A stretch of DNA of 64,000 bases from Lama guanicoe (taxonomy: Eukaryota). The notes under the pieces were generated by a model, which saw only the letters and a list, made by a program, of their open reading frames with translations, had not been told where the DNA came from and ran no database searches. The stretch is from NCBI GenBank assembly GCA_013239625.1, contig MU057051.1, forward strand, positions 2,353,603 to 2,417,602, given 5' to 3'. Each line of letters opens with the position of its first letter. The stretch's first letter is position 1. Of this stretch, positions 11,626 through 23,620 are shown in pieces. A program made the translations under genes and the position numbers.

Positions 11626-14144
11626 GAGATCACTGCTTTCCTCAGCTGGGGCAGTTCAGTAGACAGAGATGGGCACCTGTCCGCTTTGGCCGCTGGACTG
11701 AGGCCTTGAGTCCCTGGGACCTGGAGACTTGCCAGCCCGCTCTGGCTGTCCCAGTGTGCGAGTGACTTTGTGTCCTTGAGGATATGAGAGTGGAGCTGAG
11801 GACTCGTGGGTGCTTAGCCTGGGTGGAGGGACCAAGAGAGTCTGAGGAAGCTGTTACCCTCGCAATGACCTTTCACGCCTTCACGGAGGAGACTGAGCTC
11901 TTTGTGTCCCTGAATGCCAAACTCTGACACGAGTGACAGCCAAAAGGAGGCAGGCCTGGGATCAACATAAGGCGGACTTTGTTTCCTTGTCTACAGGATG
12001 GTGTCAAATTGTCCACACTTTTTCCTGCTCTTAGCACAGGGGATGTGCTCCCTAGCAGTCAGGATGCCCCCAGAGAAGGGGTCCCCACCTCCTCCACCTA
12101 AGGTCCCCACGCTCCCTGCCCCAGTCCCTGGACCTCCCAGCAGAGGATATCCTCACAATGGATATAGAAGGACTTCAGATTAGGTGGCTTAAGTGTTACC
12201 CTCCCCATCCAAGGCTAAGCCATTCCTGGGTCAGTAGATGGATCTAGTGTAGCTGCAATGCATTTTAGCTGACAGCGGGTCAGGAATCAAAAAGGTGACG
12301 ATTTTTGTTTTAACCAGATTTGCTTCACCGTGAGACATAGAGAGAATGTCAGATGGCTGTAGTCCACCAGAAAGACTGGATGGCCTGGCCCTGGCGTGTT
12401 GAGGTTGGGGAGGGCCAGGACCCTTCATCCTATGGGAGGCAGTCTTGTACACAGGAGTGAGTGAGAGATCTGGGGTCAGGGAACCTGGGCTGAAGTCCAT
12501 CTTTATCCCTTAGTAGCTCTGTGACCTTGGACAAGTCACGTTCCTCCTCCTCAGCGTTGTTGAAAGGAAGGTAGGAGACGATGCAGGCAGAGCCCCTCCC
12601 TGCACTTGACATAAAGGAAGTACGCAGGAAGCCATCACCGAGTCTATAGCTGAACCAGCTGACGTGAGAAAAGTATTAACTGGAACAGCTTCTTCTCCTC
12701 CCACCTACCGGCTGCATCTTCGGATGCCGTCCCCAGACATTTCCCCTGGAGTTCTGTCTGTGGGTTGTCATTTTGTCTGCTTGCTTTTCATCCTCCTGAA
12801 GTCTCGCTAATCGCACAGGAAGTGGGTGGGTAATGGGCCGCTCTGTTGCTCCACTGGCCTCCCAGTGAGCCGTACTGTTTTGCTTTCCTCACCACGGGGG
12901 CTTCTCACACCCTCTAATGACTGTTTTCCTTTCAGAAATGGCATATTTTTAGACAAAAGCATTTCCTGTGGCTCATCTCCGACTCTCTGGCAGATCTCCG
13001 ATTTCTCGTCAGTGTTTCCCGCCTCTCTCTGGTCACATAAAACCCACCCCAGCACCACGTGCACTGGAAATGCCAGAACCACATGCTCCCAGCAGCCTTC
13101 TCTGCTCTGAGCTGACACCCTGTGCTCAGGGACTGGGGCCCTGGCCAGGGCGGGGTCATCCTTGGTCGAGGTGTTGGGTCCGAGTAGCTGGGACTGCAGG
13201 GGATGCTTCCTCTGGCTGCTGCCCTGCTCTCTCTGGCTGTCCAGCTCCCCTCTGCCGATGTTGGAGGGTGGGGGTGGGAGTGGGGGGTTTCAGAGTCACC
13301 CAAAACACTCACCCTTCTTAGTCAAACCCAAACTGAAATGACCCCCTTCCTCTTTTATTAATAGCATAGTCAGGCATACCTGGGTGTGACCTGGCCTCAT
13401 GATGGCCTTGGGCACAAGCCAGATGCGCCCATCCAATGTGAGGGTGAGAAAGAATTACCCCCTGGTCCCTCTTAGTAACCAGTGCTGTGTGTGTGGTTGT
13501 GACCCTGGTGGGCCAGGGAGTAAGCTTAGGATCCTTAATATGCCAACATGCTCCTACAGCAATATTCCCTTATCCCTTCTAAGTTATTAGAAGGAAAATA
13601 AGAATGGTAGTGAGTCAGTGTTTAATGTTTATCATCCCTTGTCATTTCCTCTTTAGATCAAGCAGGACAACCCTGGGTGTGGACAAGAGAGGCTCAGCTG
13701 AGACATTAATTAAGTAAACACCTCCGCGGGAACCGTAGCAGCTGTGCAAATAAGTGGGCATGAGGTGGAGGGCTTACCCAGGCAGAGGACCCAAGGTTCA
13801 CAGGAAGGAAAGAAACCAATTTAGCGGTAGTGGATTGTAAAGCACACAAGCCTTCATGTGGTGAAAATGTTCCCAGCCCAGCAGAGTCTGTGCGGGGCAC
13901 CTTCATGGTTCTGGAGTTCTCAGTCCAGAACTGAATGCTAACTGCTCTGGGGAGGGCCTTTGTGTTATATTAAAAGTTCCCTGGGTGATTCCAGCGTGTG
14001 CCCAGGGGTGAGAACCACTCCACATTTTTAAAAACAAATTCCTGGTAAGGATACTGTCACAGGGCTGGAAGGGTTAACTCATGTTGGGGATCACACCAGG
14101 ATTTGAGGACCACCCGTCTCAAGAGACATGTTATTATTCCGTAA

Positions 14145-14335
14145 AGCAGTGGTTCTCAAACCGGAGCTTGCATCAGAGTCCCCTGGAGGGCTTGCTAGAG
14201 CCTGGATTGCTGGGCCCCATCCCCAGAGTTTCTAATCCATTGGGTCTGGGACCCCAAAACTGACAAATCTGACAAGTTCCCGGGTGATGCTGATGCAGTG
14301 GGTCTGGGGACCACCGTTGTAGAGGACGCAGGTCT
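14145..14335 (+). mobile_element. MER5A (hAT-Charlie MITE)
   Basis: CAGTGGTTCTCAAA terminal sequence; 'gcatcagagtcccctggagggcttg...gggtgatgctgatgcagtgggtctggggaccac'. Confidence 0.85.
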
Positions 14336-16004
14336 TAACTCTGAGAGGTGTTGCTGGAGAAGTGGAAAGAGTGTGAGTCTAAGAGGCAGAGGACCAGGAT
14401 TCAGGTCCTGGCTTTGCTGTGGCTCATGCACAGGCTGTGTGGCGTGGGGTGAGCTGTGTGACCTCTCTGAACCCAGTGTTTTCATCTATAATCTGGAGGT
14501 GAGATACTCATTTATTGCAGATACTCTCATTGGGTATTGATCAGGTACTGAGCATTTTTGATATATTATTTTGGTTGATTTCCTCAACATTTCTATAAAG
14601 TAGGTCCTATTATTCTTATTTTATAGGCTCAGAAACTGAAGTTTAGGAAGCTTCAGTGCCTCAAGAGCACTGTGTCAGAGGCAGTTTGGGCTGACCGCAG
14701 AGGCCAGGCTCTCAGCCGCTGAACCATCCTTGACCCTCGGTTGGAAACCCTGTGAATGTTAAGACTTGCCAAACAGTCTCAAGCTGTGTTCTTTGTAAGT
14801 GCTGAGCAGGGTTTGCTGTAAGGGATACCTGGTGGGTGAATCACTCCGCAACAGTGAGCAAACCCCAATTAATTCAAGTCTGGGCAGACTGGGAGGGGTT
14901 CCGGAAAAAAAACACAACAAAACACATCAATCACTCAGTAACTCTGTTTGAGAACGGGCCACTCAGATAAGACGTAGGCATTAATTAGGAGGAAAAAGGA
15001 GCAGAGCAAACAGCCGGTGGGAAGACCAGAGGCCTCTGCCGCAGGCTGCCTGAAGCCCAGGAAAGCTGCCTCCCAGAAAACGTGGCAGCAGATCACAAAC
15101 ACTGCAGCGGATTCGTTAAGTCAAAGCAGCCATCTTGGGGAAAGGGCATCTCTGAAGCAAGAAAAACGGGCTTTACACGAGGGGACCAAGAAAACCCATC
15201 AAGAGGACCCTGATACATGCAAATCAGAAATTGTGCGCTCAGGAGCAACTCAGGGGAGCTTACAGAGATAAGGAGCCTATAATCAAAGTTTCTGCACCTC
15301 AGACCAGGAAGCCCCTGAGAGCTGAGTGCCTTTTGGTCACTGGGAACGTGATTCCATGTTCGGGGGCGGGTGAGACAGATGGTCACTGAAGGCCATTGCA
15401 GCTCTTAGTTCCAGTGACCCTCTGGCAGCTGGATGCACGCTTCACAGGTCCACCAGATTTCGTTCCCAAAGTCAGCAAGCATTTGGGTAGGAATACAATG
15501 AATGAAAAAAATTCAACTATCAGAAACAATCTGATAACATTTCATGCCAAAGTCTATTCGGAAAAAAGTTGTTACAACTATCACACATGGGTAAGAATGT
15601 TAGGTAACAAATTGCTTTATAAAAAACAAGAAATGGGATTGGTATGAGGGGTCAGATAAGGCAATGGATGTCTAAAAAGTGCTTTGAAAACTTGAACTGT
15701 TATTCATTAGAATAAAGTCACCACAAAAATTGAGATAATATTCTGAATGAAGAGATGTGAAAAGTGACTTTCCTTAGTAACTGCAGTAACTACCATATAA
15801 GAGTTTTATTAGATCTGGAAAGATAAGAAAGAATTCACATTCATTTTAGGAGGTAAGATGCTCACTGCTGGTAATGATGAACTGGGACCCTGTGAATGGG
15901 CAGAAAAGTAGCAGATGAACTTCAATATGGACAAAGTCACGATGTGTTTAGCAGTAAGTAACCCAAACAACGTATGAAGTGGTTGGCTCTGATCTAAAGG
16001 GTAT

Positions 16005-16683
16005 TGTAGGGAAGCAAAACTTGCCACCCCAAAATGTCTCTTTGGCATGCAGATTATTTTGAGTTGAAAATAATCAAGGCCCTAAAGATTCAGGAAGAAA
16101 CCTTGACTTTCCCCCTAACTGCCTAGAATTTGGATAGAGGGCCTGTTTCCAGAACAGAGCTACTCAACAGAGATCTCTATGAAGAATACAGGCTAATTGT
16201 GGTGGGGAAACTGCACAGATCCTAGAGATCAGTGTCCCCTCTATGTCCCATTGTCTCTGTGTGGTTCAGTCAACATTCGTTTACCAAACATTTGCTTTTC
16301 CATCTTCATGTAACTTGCCTTCCTCCCCTTTGAAGTCCCAGACCACTAACTACAACCTCCCCTTTTGTCTTTATTAAAGACAGTTTTTTTTCTTTTTTCT
16401 TTTTTTGAAGTATAGTTGGTTACAATGCATCAATTTCTGGTGTACAGCATAATGTCCCAGTCATACATACATGTGCATATACTCATCTTCATATTTAAAG
16501 ATAGTTTTTAAGGTGAAGACTTTGGCCATTTTGGCGAGTTACTCAGTTTTTTTGGGTCTCTCCCATGTATACATGTTATGAAACTTTTGTTTGATTTTCT
16601 CCTGTTAGTTCGTCTCCTGTCAATTTAATTCTTAGACCGACCAGAAGAACCTAAAAGGGTTGGAAATTTTCCTTCTCTCTGCA
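16005..16683 (+). mobile_element. Solo ERV1 LTR, MER34-like, interrupted by an L1 3' fragment
   Basis: TG...CA ends; 'tgtagggaagcaaaacttgccaccccaaaatgtctctttggcat'; a second copy lies on the opposite strand at 61397-61758. Confidence 0.8.
16389..16494 (-). mobile_element. Severely 5'-truncated camelid L1 (3' tip, ~105 bp)
   Basis: Poly-T followed by the reverse L1 3'UTR; 15-bp TSD ttaaagaCagttttt (16374-16388) / ttaaagaTagttttt (16495-16509). Confidence 0.85.
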
Positions 16684-19566
16684 TAAACGTGAGAAAGATT
16701 TTGGTCTTTGCAGCCTGTTTCTCACCTGTGATGTCAGTTTGGTCAAGAAAGCTGACAAAGCGTTTAAAATAACTTTAGATCCTTAGCATTTAGGGGCCAT
16801 GGTAATAGTGTAGTCTATTGGTTAATTTTAATATGTGAGAAAACTGAGATCCAGAGAGCTAAGTGGCTTGTTGAATGTCCTATAGCTAATTAGAGAATGC
16901 AGTGTATCCAAGATGGGAAGCATTAGTCTACCTTTCATAACAATAAGCTATCTGATAAAGGCCACCTTAAAGAGGGTGGGGAATTTCTAGAACGTTTCTA
17001 GGTTGATGAGATGGAAGGCTGATCAAATGCTCCTACAAAATGCTGGATTGTGTTGCTGTAAAAGACAAATCATTGAGCTGGATAGACACCTCCTGACTGG
17101 TATAATTTTCCAAATTATCTTATGTAAGCGATTTCTGATAAATCACGCAGACAGGACTTCACAGTGTAATCACAAATGAGTTTGGAACAGGCATAATGAT
17201 GACAGCCCAAACATCTGTTGACTTTGGGAACAAGTCTCTATATTTTAGAACTGGCATTTAATCATTAGGAGATGGGGCTTGATAGAACTTCAGAGGATTT
17301 TTAGATACACAACAGAATATCTAACACCTTGGCCTCTGTGTTAATTAGAAGCGACAGACGTCAAGGGCTCTGTGTCTCTGTCTAGTTTCGTGGAACCTGT
17401 ATGTACCTAGTTTGACCACACAACACAGAGAGTAGAGAAGATGAGAGGACAGAGAGCTTGGCACTGTTTGGATGTGATATTGCTGATGACTGCATTCTCT
17501 GACTCTAACTTCCCGGTCCCTGGGTCCCCAAGGCTTGTCTGAGCCTTCCCGCACTTGCTGATTTCCCAGGCGCCTGAATGCCTGGCCCAAGCTCTTCTCC
17601 TGTTCCCTCCAGCTCACTGTTTCCTCTTTGAACTCCACCCTTTAAAGATCTGATCCATGATGCCGCTGGGCTCACCCCTCACCCCTGCTCCTTCGTTGGA
17701 CTTTTGGGCTTTGTCTCTTCTGTCCAGCCCAGCCCTGCATTCAGTAATTTCCTATAATAATTATTTCATTGGTCACTTTAATCTCCCATTGAAAACCTTT
17801 CCCACTTTCATGCGGAATTTCATGGAACTCTTTCTAAATGTGCTTTTCAAAATCTTAACCTTCATCTGGACTGTGTAAGAGCAGCCTGTGTCAGAAAGCC
17901 AGGTGTAAAAACCATTGGAATAAATAAGCATAAATTGTAAAGCAAATATAAATCAATCAGTGGGCACATCCTGCTCCGGAGGGCAAAGAGCTGAGGTTAG
18001 GGAGGCAGTAGAGTAGAGGGAATTGATATTTTCTGGTTGGAAGGATGGGAGCAACATGGGCAAATGTGGGGCATGCATGACAGAGACTGTTCTGGTCCCC
18101 AGAGGGACGAGACACAGAAACTCCAAATGTCCAGAGGAGTGACAGGGCTGCAGTAATTGGGCTTTTCTTCACTCCGGAGCAAACCAGCAACAGTAATATT
18201 CTTTTGTTTCCGCTTTAAAGGTAAAGTAGAAGAAAGGCCCCCACCTGTTTGGGTGCCTGGTGAAGCCACTGAAAGTTCTAGAATCAACTCCAAGAAGGTT
18301 GAGGGTGAGTTAAAAAATTGACTTCTACACACATCTGAGAGGCTCACGTACCGGCTTAGGCTGCGGTGCACGGCAACGAAAGAACAGGGGTCCAGACGCT
18401 TTCTGTTCATATGTCTTTAAATCTTACTCTAAATGAAATGCTTTGCGTGTCCTAGTTAAGTTTTGTCACTATGCTCTCTTTTACTGAAAAGCCCTGTTGA
18501 GCCCAGTTGTGTGGGGAAGCAGGCTGGTATTTGGCTCTGCTAACCCTGGGGAGGGGAGTTGGGGGTCTGTGGGCCCAGCGCAGTCATTCAGGTGGCATCT
18601 CTCACCCGAGGGGGCCGTAGCACTTCCATGACCGCCATCACCAGCCTAGGGAACGGTCACTACAAAAGCCGCGGTACTTAAAGCCGGAAAGGGATACCTC
18701 TATTGGGAGATGAAAACTCAAGGAGGCAGCAAGTGTGTGTTCCTTTCATCATGATCTATTTAACACAAAATAGTGCTTTTGGCAATATTTTCCCCAAAAT
18801 GAAAGCTTTGGGTTTCAGATGGGGTTATTTGCCTTTCATCTGCGTTTTCTCTGCTGTTCTATTTTCTGATCCATTACTTTCATCTTGGAAACCTGTCATT
18901 GTGACTCGTGTATCAATGTAACTATCACTCAAAAAGCTTTTTACTCTTTGGGTCAGAAGTGCTTAATATCAGGCAATTTAAATGATTTTCTGTGTATTGA
19001 CCTCATATTTGAGAGTCATGCAGGATGTACTGTGAAATCAAATGTTCAAAGATAATGAATACCTTTGTTTGATGTTTTTTTCCCCCTTAGGTGAGACAAC
19101 AGTTGAGAATCCTAAGGGACTGATGGAAAACTGGAAAAGCTGGTAAGTACCCCATGCTGGGTCCCTGAGGGAGAGAGCGGGAGAGGGGCTGGAGAAATGG
19201 ACTGGAGAAGATGGCTATGTGCTCACCCTCAAGGCAGAGAGGAGACCTGATGGGTTTTCCTCTCTTTCCTGGTGAGAGGAGGAGTGTGGCTGACCCAGGC
19301 TGATGGCAGGGGCTCAGATGGGTTACAGGAGTTGGGGCAAGAGGGTAGGTACTATAGCTTGAAGGTGAGCAGTGGGCACAAAGCTAGAGTCAGGCTGGGC
19401 TGTTGCATTGTGGGTTCACCACAGCAAGAGAGAGGTGAAGAGGGGTGGGGCGGGGGACTGGGAAAGAGCAGAGCAGATTTTGCAAGCTTGACTTGGTCTG
19501 GGACATAGACCTCTACAGTGGCAAAAATGTTTTTGATAAAGCTTCCTTTTAAAGACTTCAGTTAAT

Positions 19567-19695
19567 GGGGAGGGTATAGCTCAGTGGTAGAGCACGTGCC
19601 TAGCATGCATGAAGTCCTGGGTTCAATCCCCAGTACCTCCATTAAGTAAATAAATAAACAAATGATTAAATAAACCTGATTCCACCCACCCCCAT
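19567..19695 (+). mobile_element. Vic-1-type SINE
   Basis: tRNA-Ala(AGC)-like head; TSD aaagacttcagtta (19551-19564) / aaagacttcaatta (19696-19709). Confidence 0.92.
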
Positions 19696-20044
19696 AAAGA
19701 CTTCAATTAGCCAATTAAAATATTTACAGAACTTTCCCTGGGAGTAGGTCTCCAGGTTGTAGGAACCCAGAACTTAAACTTTAAATATCCCACTGAAGGG
19801 GCTGATCTCTAGTTTTCCAGTGAGACAACTGGTCAGAAAGGACAAGGCATTAGAATGAGTGTTAAAGTCTGGGACAGACCAGGAAAGGGGCACACCTCCT
19901 TTCATCCTGACCACAGCTGATGTGCTTACATGAAGAGGCTGGAGCTCAGAGAGCATTAGGACTTCCCCAAGTGGGCAGTGTTGGAACCCAAATACAAACT
20001 CTGGTCTGTGGACTGGAAAGCCACTCTCTTTGCACATCACCACA

Positions 20045-20235
20045 TTGGCTTAGAGTCGGGATTCTTGGGTCTGAATCCTGGTCCTGCCACTGACTAGCTG
20101 TGTGATCCTGAATGAGTTATGTCGTCTTTTGAACCTTAGCTTCCTCATCTGATGAATGAGGAGCATAAGATTATTGGGTAGATGAAAGAAAATGGTTCAG
20201 GCCTGGGGTTTAAGCATGATGCCTGGTGCCCTAAG
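20045..20235 (+). mobile_element. MIR
   Basis: 'gggtctgaatcctggtcctgccactgactagctgtgtgatcctg...ccttagcttcctcatctg'. Confidence 0.8.
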
Positions 20236-20258
20236 GGCTCAAAACAATTTAACTGCAA

Positions 20259-21084
20259 TTATCAAAGAAATGAAGATCAAAACTACAAAGAGGTATAACT
20301 TCATACCGGTCAGCATGGCCATCATTAAAAAGTCCACAAATAATAAATGCTGGACAGGGTGTGGAGACAAGGGAACCCTCCTACACTGTTGATGGGACTG
20401 TAGTTTGGTGAGGTCATTATGGAAAACAGTACAGAGATTCCTTAAAAAACTAAAAATAGACTTACCATATGATACAGCAATCCCACTCCTGGGCACATAC
20501 TGGGAGAAAACTCTAATTTGCAAAAAGATACATGCACCCCAATGTTCACAGCAGCACTATTTGTCATAGCTAAGGCATGGAAGCAACCTAAATGTCCACT
20601 TACAGATGGCTGGATAAAGTTGTGGTATATTTATACAATGGAATACTACTAAGCCATAAAAATAATAAAACAATGCCATTTGCAGAACATGCATGGACCT
20701 AGATTATTATACTCAGTGAAGTAAGTCAGATAGAGAAAGAAAATGCCATATGATATCACTTACAGGTGGAATCTAAAAAATATGAGACAAAGAACTTATT
20801 TACAAGACAGAAACAGACTGACAGACATAGAAAACAAATTTATGGTTACCAGGCAGGGGAGGCAAGGGAGGGCTGAATTAGGAGTTTGGGATTAGCAGAT
20901 AAAAACTACTATATATAAAATAAACAACAAGGTCCTACAGTATAGCACAGGGAACTATATTCAGTATCTTATAATAAGCTATAATGAAAAAAGTATATGT
21001 GAATATATATGTATAACTCAATCACTATGCTGTACACCAGAAACTAACACAACATTGTAAATCAAATATACTTCAAAAAAGAAA
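20259..21084 (+). mobile_element. 5'-truncated L1 (ORF2 C-terminus remnant plus 3'UTR)
   Basis: Translates [32 protein letters not shown] (ORF2 C-terminus); degenerate TSD aaaacaatttaactgcaa (20241-20258) / aaaccaagttagctgcaa (21085-21102). Confidence 0.92.
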
Positions 21085-21468
21085 AAACCAAGTTAGCTGC
21101 AAATAGCACAGTATTCAGAGAAAAGGGGGTATCAGAAGCCTCTAGGGGTAGGGCGTGAGGCCTGAATCAGACTTTAGCAAGTGGGTGAAAGCTGACAGAC
21201 ATGAGCTCAGAGGAGCAAAGTGGAGGGAGACCACCATTTGAATCAAGTGAAGGAGTAAGGGGAGACGGGGGGAGAAATGAAATAATAAGGCAATAAAAGA
21301 CGGGTGTTTGCTGGTTGGTGGGTTGGTCAGTTTAAACTCCTCCTCAGGTCAAATGGTGTAATGAGGCTTGGGGGGATCTGACTGCCCCCTGGGGAGACCA
21401 GGATGCCATCTTTGGCCCTGAGACAAAACGGCCTCTGCGCATCCTGAGAGAAAGGGTAAAGGACGCTG

Positions 21469-21490
21469 GTGTGTGTGTGTGTGTGTGTGT
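21469..21490. repeat. (GT)11 microsatellite
   Basis: Seen directly. Confidence 0.9.
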
Positions 21491-22966
21491 AACTGTAATA
21501 AGCAGAGAAGTAAAGGAGTGTGGTGTGGGTGAGGGGGTGATGTTTCTGGGCCAGTTCCTGCCATGCTTTCAGTGGATTAAAAATTGTAACTACCACCTTT
21601 CCTTACTTTTCTCTCTTCTCTCACACACAGAGCACCTGGTACAGGGCCTGATCAGACATATTTAAAAAACCAGGAGTCTCTGTGTGGTTCAGTGGATGCT
21701 ACAAACCCCACCCAACACCTGGCTTTGCTTGTGTAGGTTGTAAGGAAATGTGGACCCAGACACTCAGCACCTCCCTTCTCTCCTCTTGGTCCCCAAGCTC
21801 CTGTCTGATGTGGACCAGTGGTGGCACCTGCTCAGGGCCCAGGGGAGCCACAGCCCAGGAGTCTCCTTTGCTCTCTGTCTTCCATGGTTACTTCGCTGGC
21901 AGGCAGCAGGGAGGAACCAGCTCTTTGGAGCCTTCCTGACAGTCAGCTGTGGGGGCGAGGGTCTGGCTTCTGTCCCTCTCTCCAAACCATCTGAGTGTAG
22001 GGAGAGCACAGACAGCTTTCTGTGACCCACTGAGTCACACTGACACGCTTCTTTCTCCTTCCGAGTCCACTCACATATGTCCTCATGGTTCTCTCCACTG
22101 CGGAGGTGGGGCAGGCACTAGAGATCAGTGTTCAGGGGGTCTGAGCCCCTTTCCCAGGTCACAGAGCACTTTGCTGCTGGAACCCAGACTCAGGCCCCGC
22201 CAGCATTCTTTGTGCTGAGCAAGCAGCGGTCAGGACCCTGGGGTACATGACATGGGATTTCCCTGCCCCCTCGGTCATCCACAGAAGACAAGAACAAAGC
22301 AGTCAGACAGGGAGGCCCTTTGCCAGTGTGGGGCTCATGCATCACCGGGGGAGCTGGTCCCTGGCTTTCACCCTGTACCAGCCAGCTGGCCCCAGAGCTG
22401 CTCCACTGGGGTCCCTGCTGGGAGGGAAGACTTGGAATCAATTTCTTGGATTCTCCTGCAAAAGCAAGGACTTCAAAAGCCAGGCTGAGTCTGCAGTGTT
22501 CTGGGGGCTACTTAGCACCATAGGAATAACTCAGAGCTGTGCAGGTGCTGATGAGCACCAAGACAACCCCGCTGCCCTGTCTCGGCAGGCCGGGCCCAGT
22601 GCAGGGGCGGGCGCTGGTCCTTGCAGTGGTTCCGCGGGTCTGCTCCCTCTGCCTGGGCCTGCAGAGGCCGGTGGGCTCCCTCAGACAACCTGAGAGGGCA
22701 GGATGATCTGGAAGGCCTCTGAGCCAGAGGTGTGCCTCTCCTACAGAGGAGGAGGAAGCCAAGAACTGCAGGCGAGAAAATCAGACTGGCAATTACCCTG
22801 CTCCATGGAGCCTTACCTCTGAGGTAGTGTCTTGGGCACAGCTGGCTTATCCCTGCAGGGCCTGGGTTCTGTCCTCTTGTGCTTAGAATTAATTTGAGTG
22901 GGAACAGAACAGGGGGAGGAACGCTTATTTCCTTGGCTTTGGTCTGGGGTCCACTCAGGGAAGAAA

Positions 22967-23000
22967 TGTGTGTGTGTGTGTGCGTGTGTGTATGTGTGTG
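22967..23000. repeat. (TG)n microsatellite, interrupted
   Basis: Seen directly. Confidence 0.85.
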
Positions 23001-23154
23001 ACCATAAACCAGTGGAATGGATTACAGACAAGGCAGAAAGCAGACCAGTGATATCAACTCTTTAAGACAGACACAAAGAGCCTTTACGATAAACACTAGA
23101 TGTGAATTTGTTTAGTGGGACGGGTTGGAGGCAGAAGGACCCCTCTCCTGGACC

Positions 23155-23620
23155 CAGTTGTTCATTCATTTATGCAATCAATTATGTTAAATTACTCAAC
23201 AGCAGTTATCTAGCACCTACTATGTACCATGCACTGTGCACAGACTGGACTAAGACTCAGCCTCTTTCTGCCTTCTAAGTGCTCACACTCTTATAGGGAG
23301 GGTGAAAATATTAACAAGCAAAGAATACAATAAATACAGTGTGATACATGCAAGAAATAGGTACGTTGGTGATAGAAGCAAAGGAGAGGTGGGCCTAACT
23401 CTGGGGGCAGAGGGCTGACACTCGGTATGCGGCGTGGATGAGGTGTGGATGTCAGATGGGTAAGAGGGGGAACAAGGGGCAAAACTCTGGGCGTCGGGGA
23501 GCAGGCCTGGACTGTGGGAGACAGTGGGAGGTAGGTGTGGACAGGCGGACAGAGCGGAGGGTGAGAGTTTTAAGGAGAAGCTGGAATCTGGAATTTGAAG
23601 GGAATTGGGACCAGGGAGAG
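23155..23620 (-). mobile_element. L2 3' end
   Basis: 'ttcattcatttat...tagcacctactatgtaccatgcactgtgc' is the reverse L2 terminus. Confidence 0.7.

Noticed and set aside
12936-13110. Possible terminal coding exon (ttcctttcag|AAATGG..., NGIFLDKSISCGSSPTLWQ...)
   Set aside because: The acceptor is good, but there is no recognisable peptide and no supported upstream coding exon, so it is not called as a CDS.
15809-16048. Peptide MPKRHFGVA recurring in ORF 61649-61912, suggesting paralogous genes
   Set aside because: Both are antisense translations of the same LTR 5' end.
19567-19642. tRNA-Ala(AGC) genes (also at 4311, 27405, 39631, 55337, 59261)
   Set aside because: A-rich tails, TSDs and broken stems mark these as SINE copies, not functional tRNAs.
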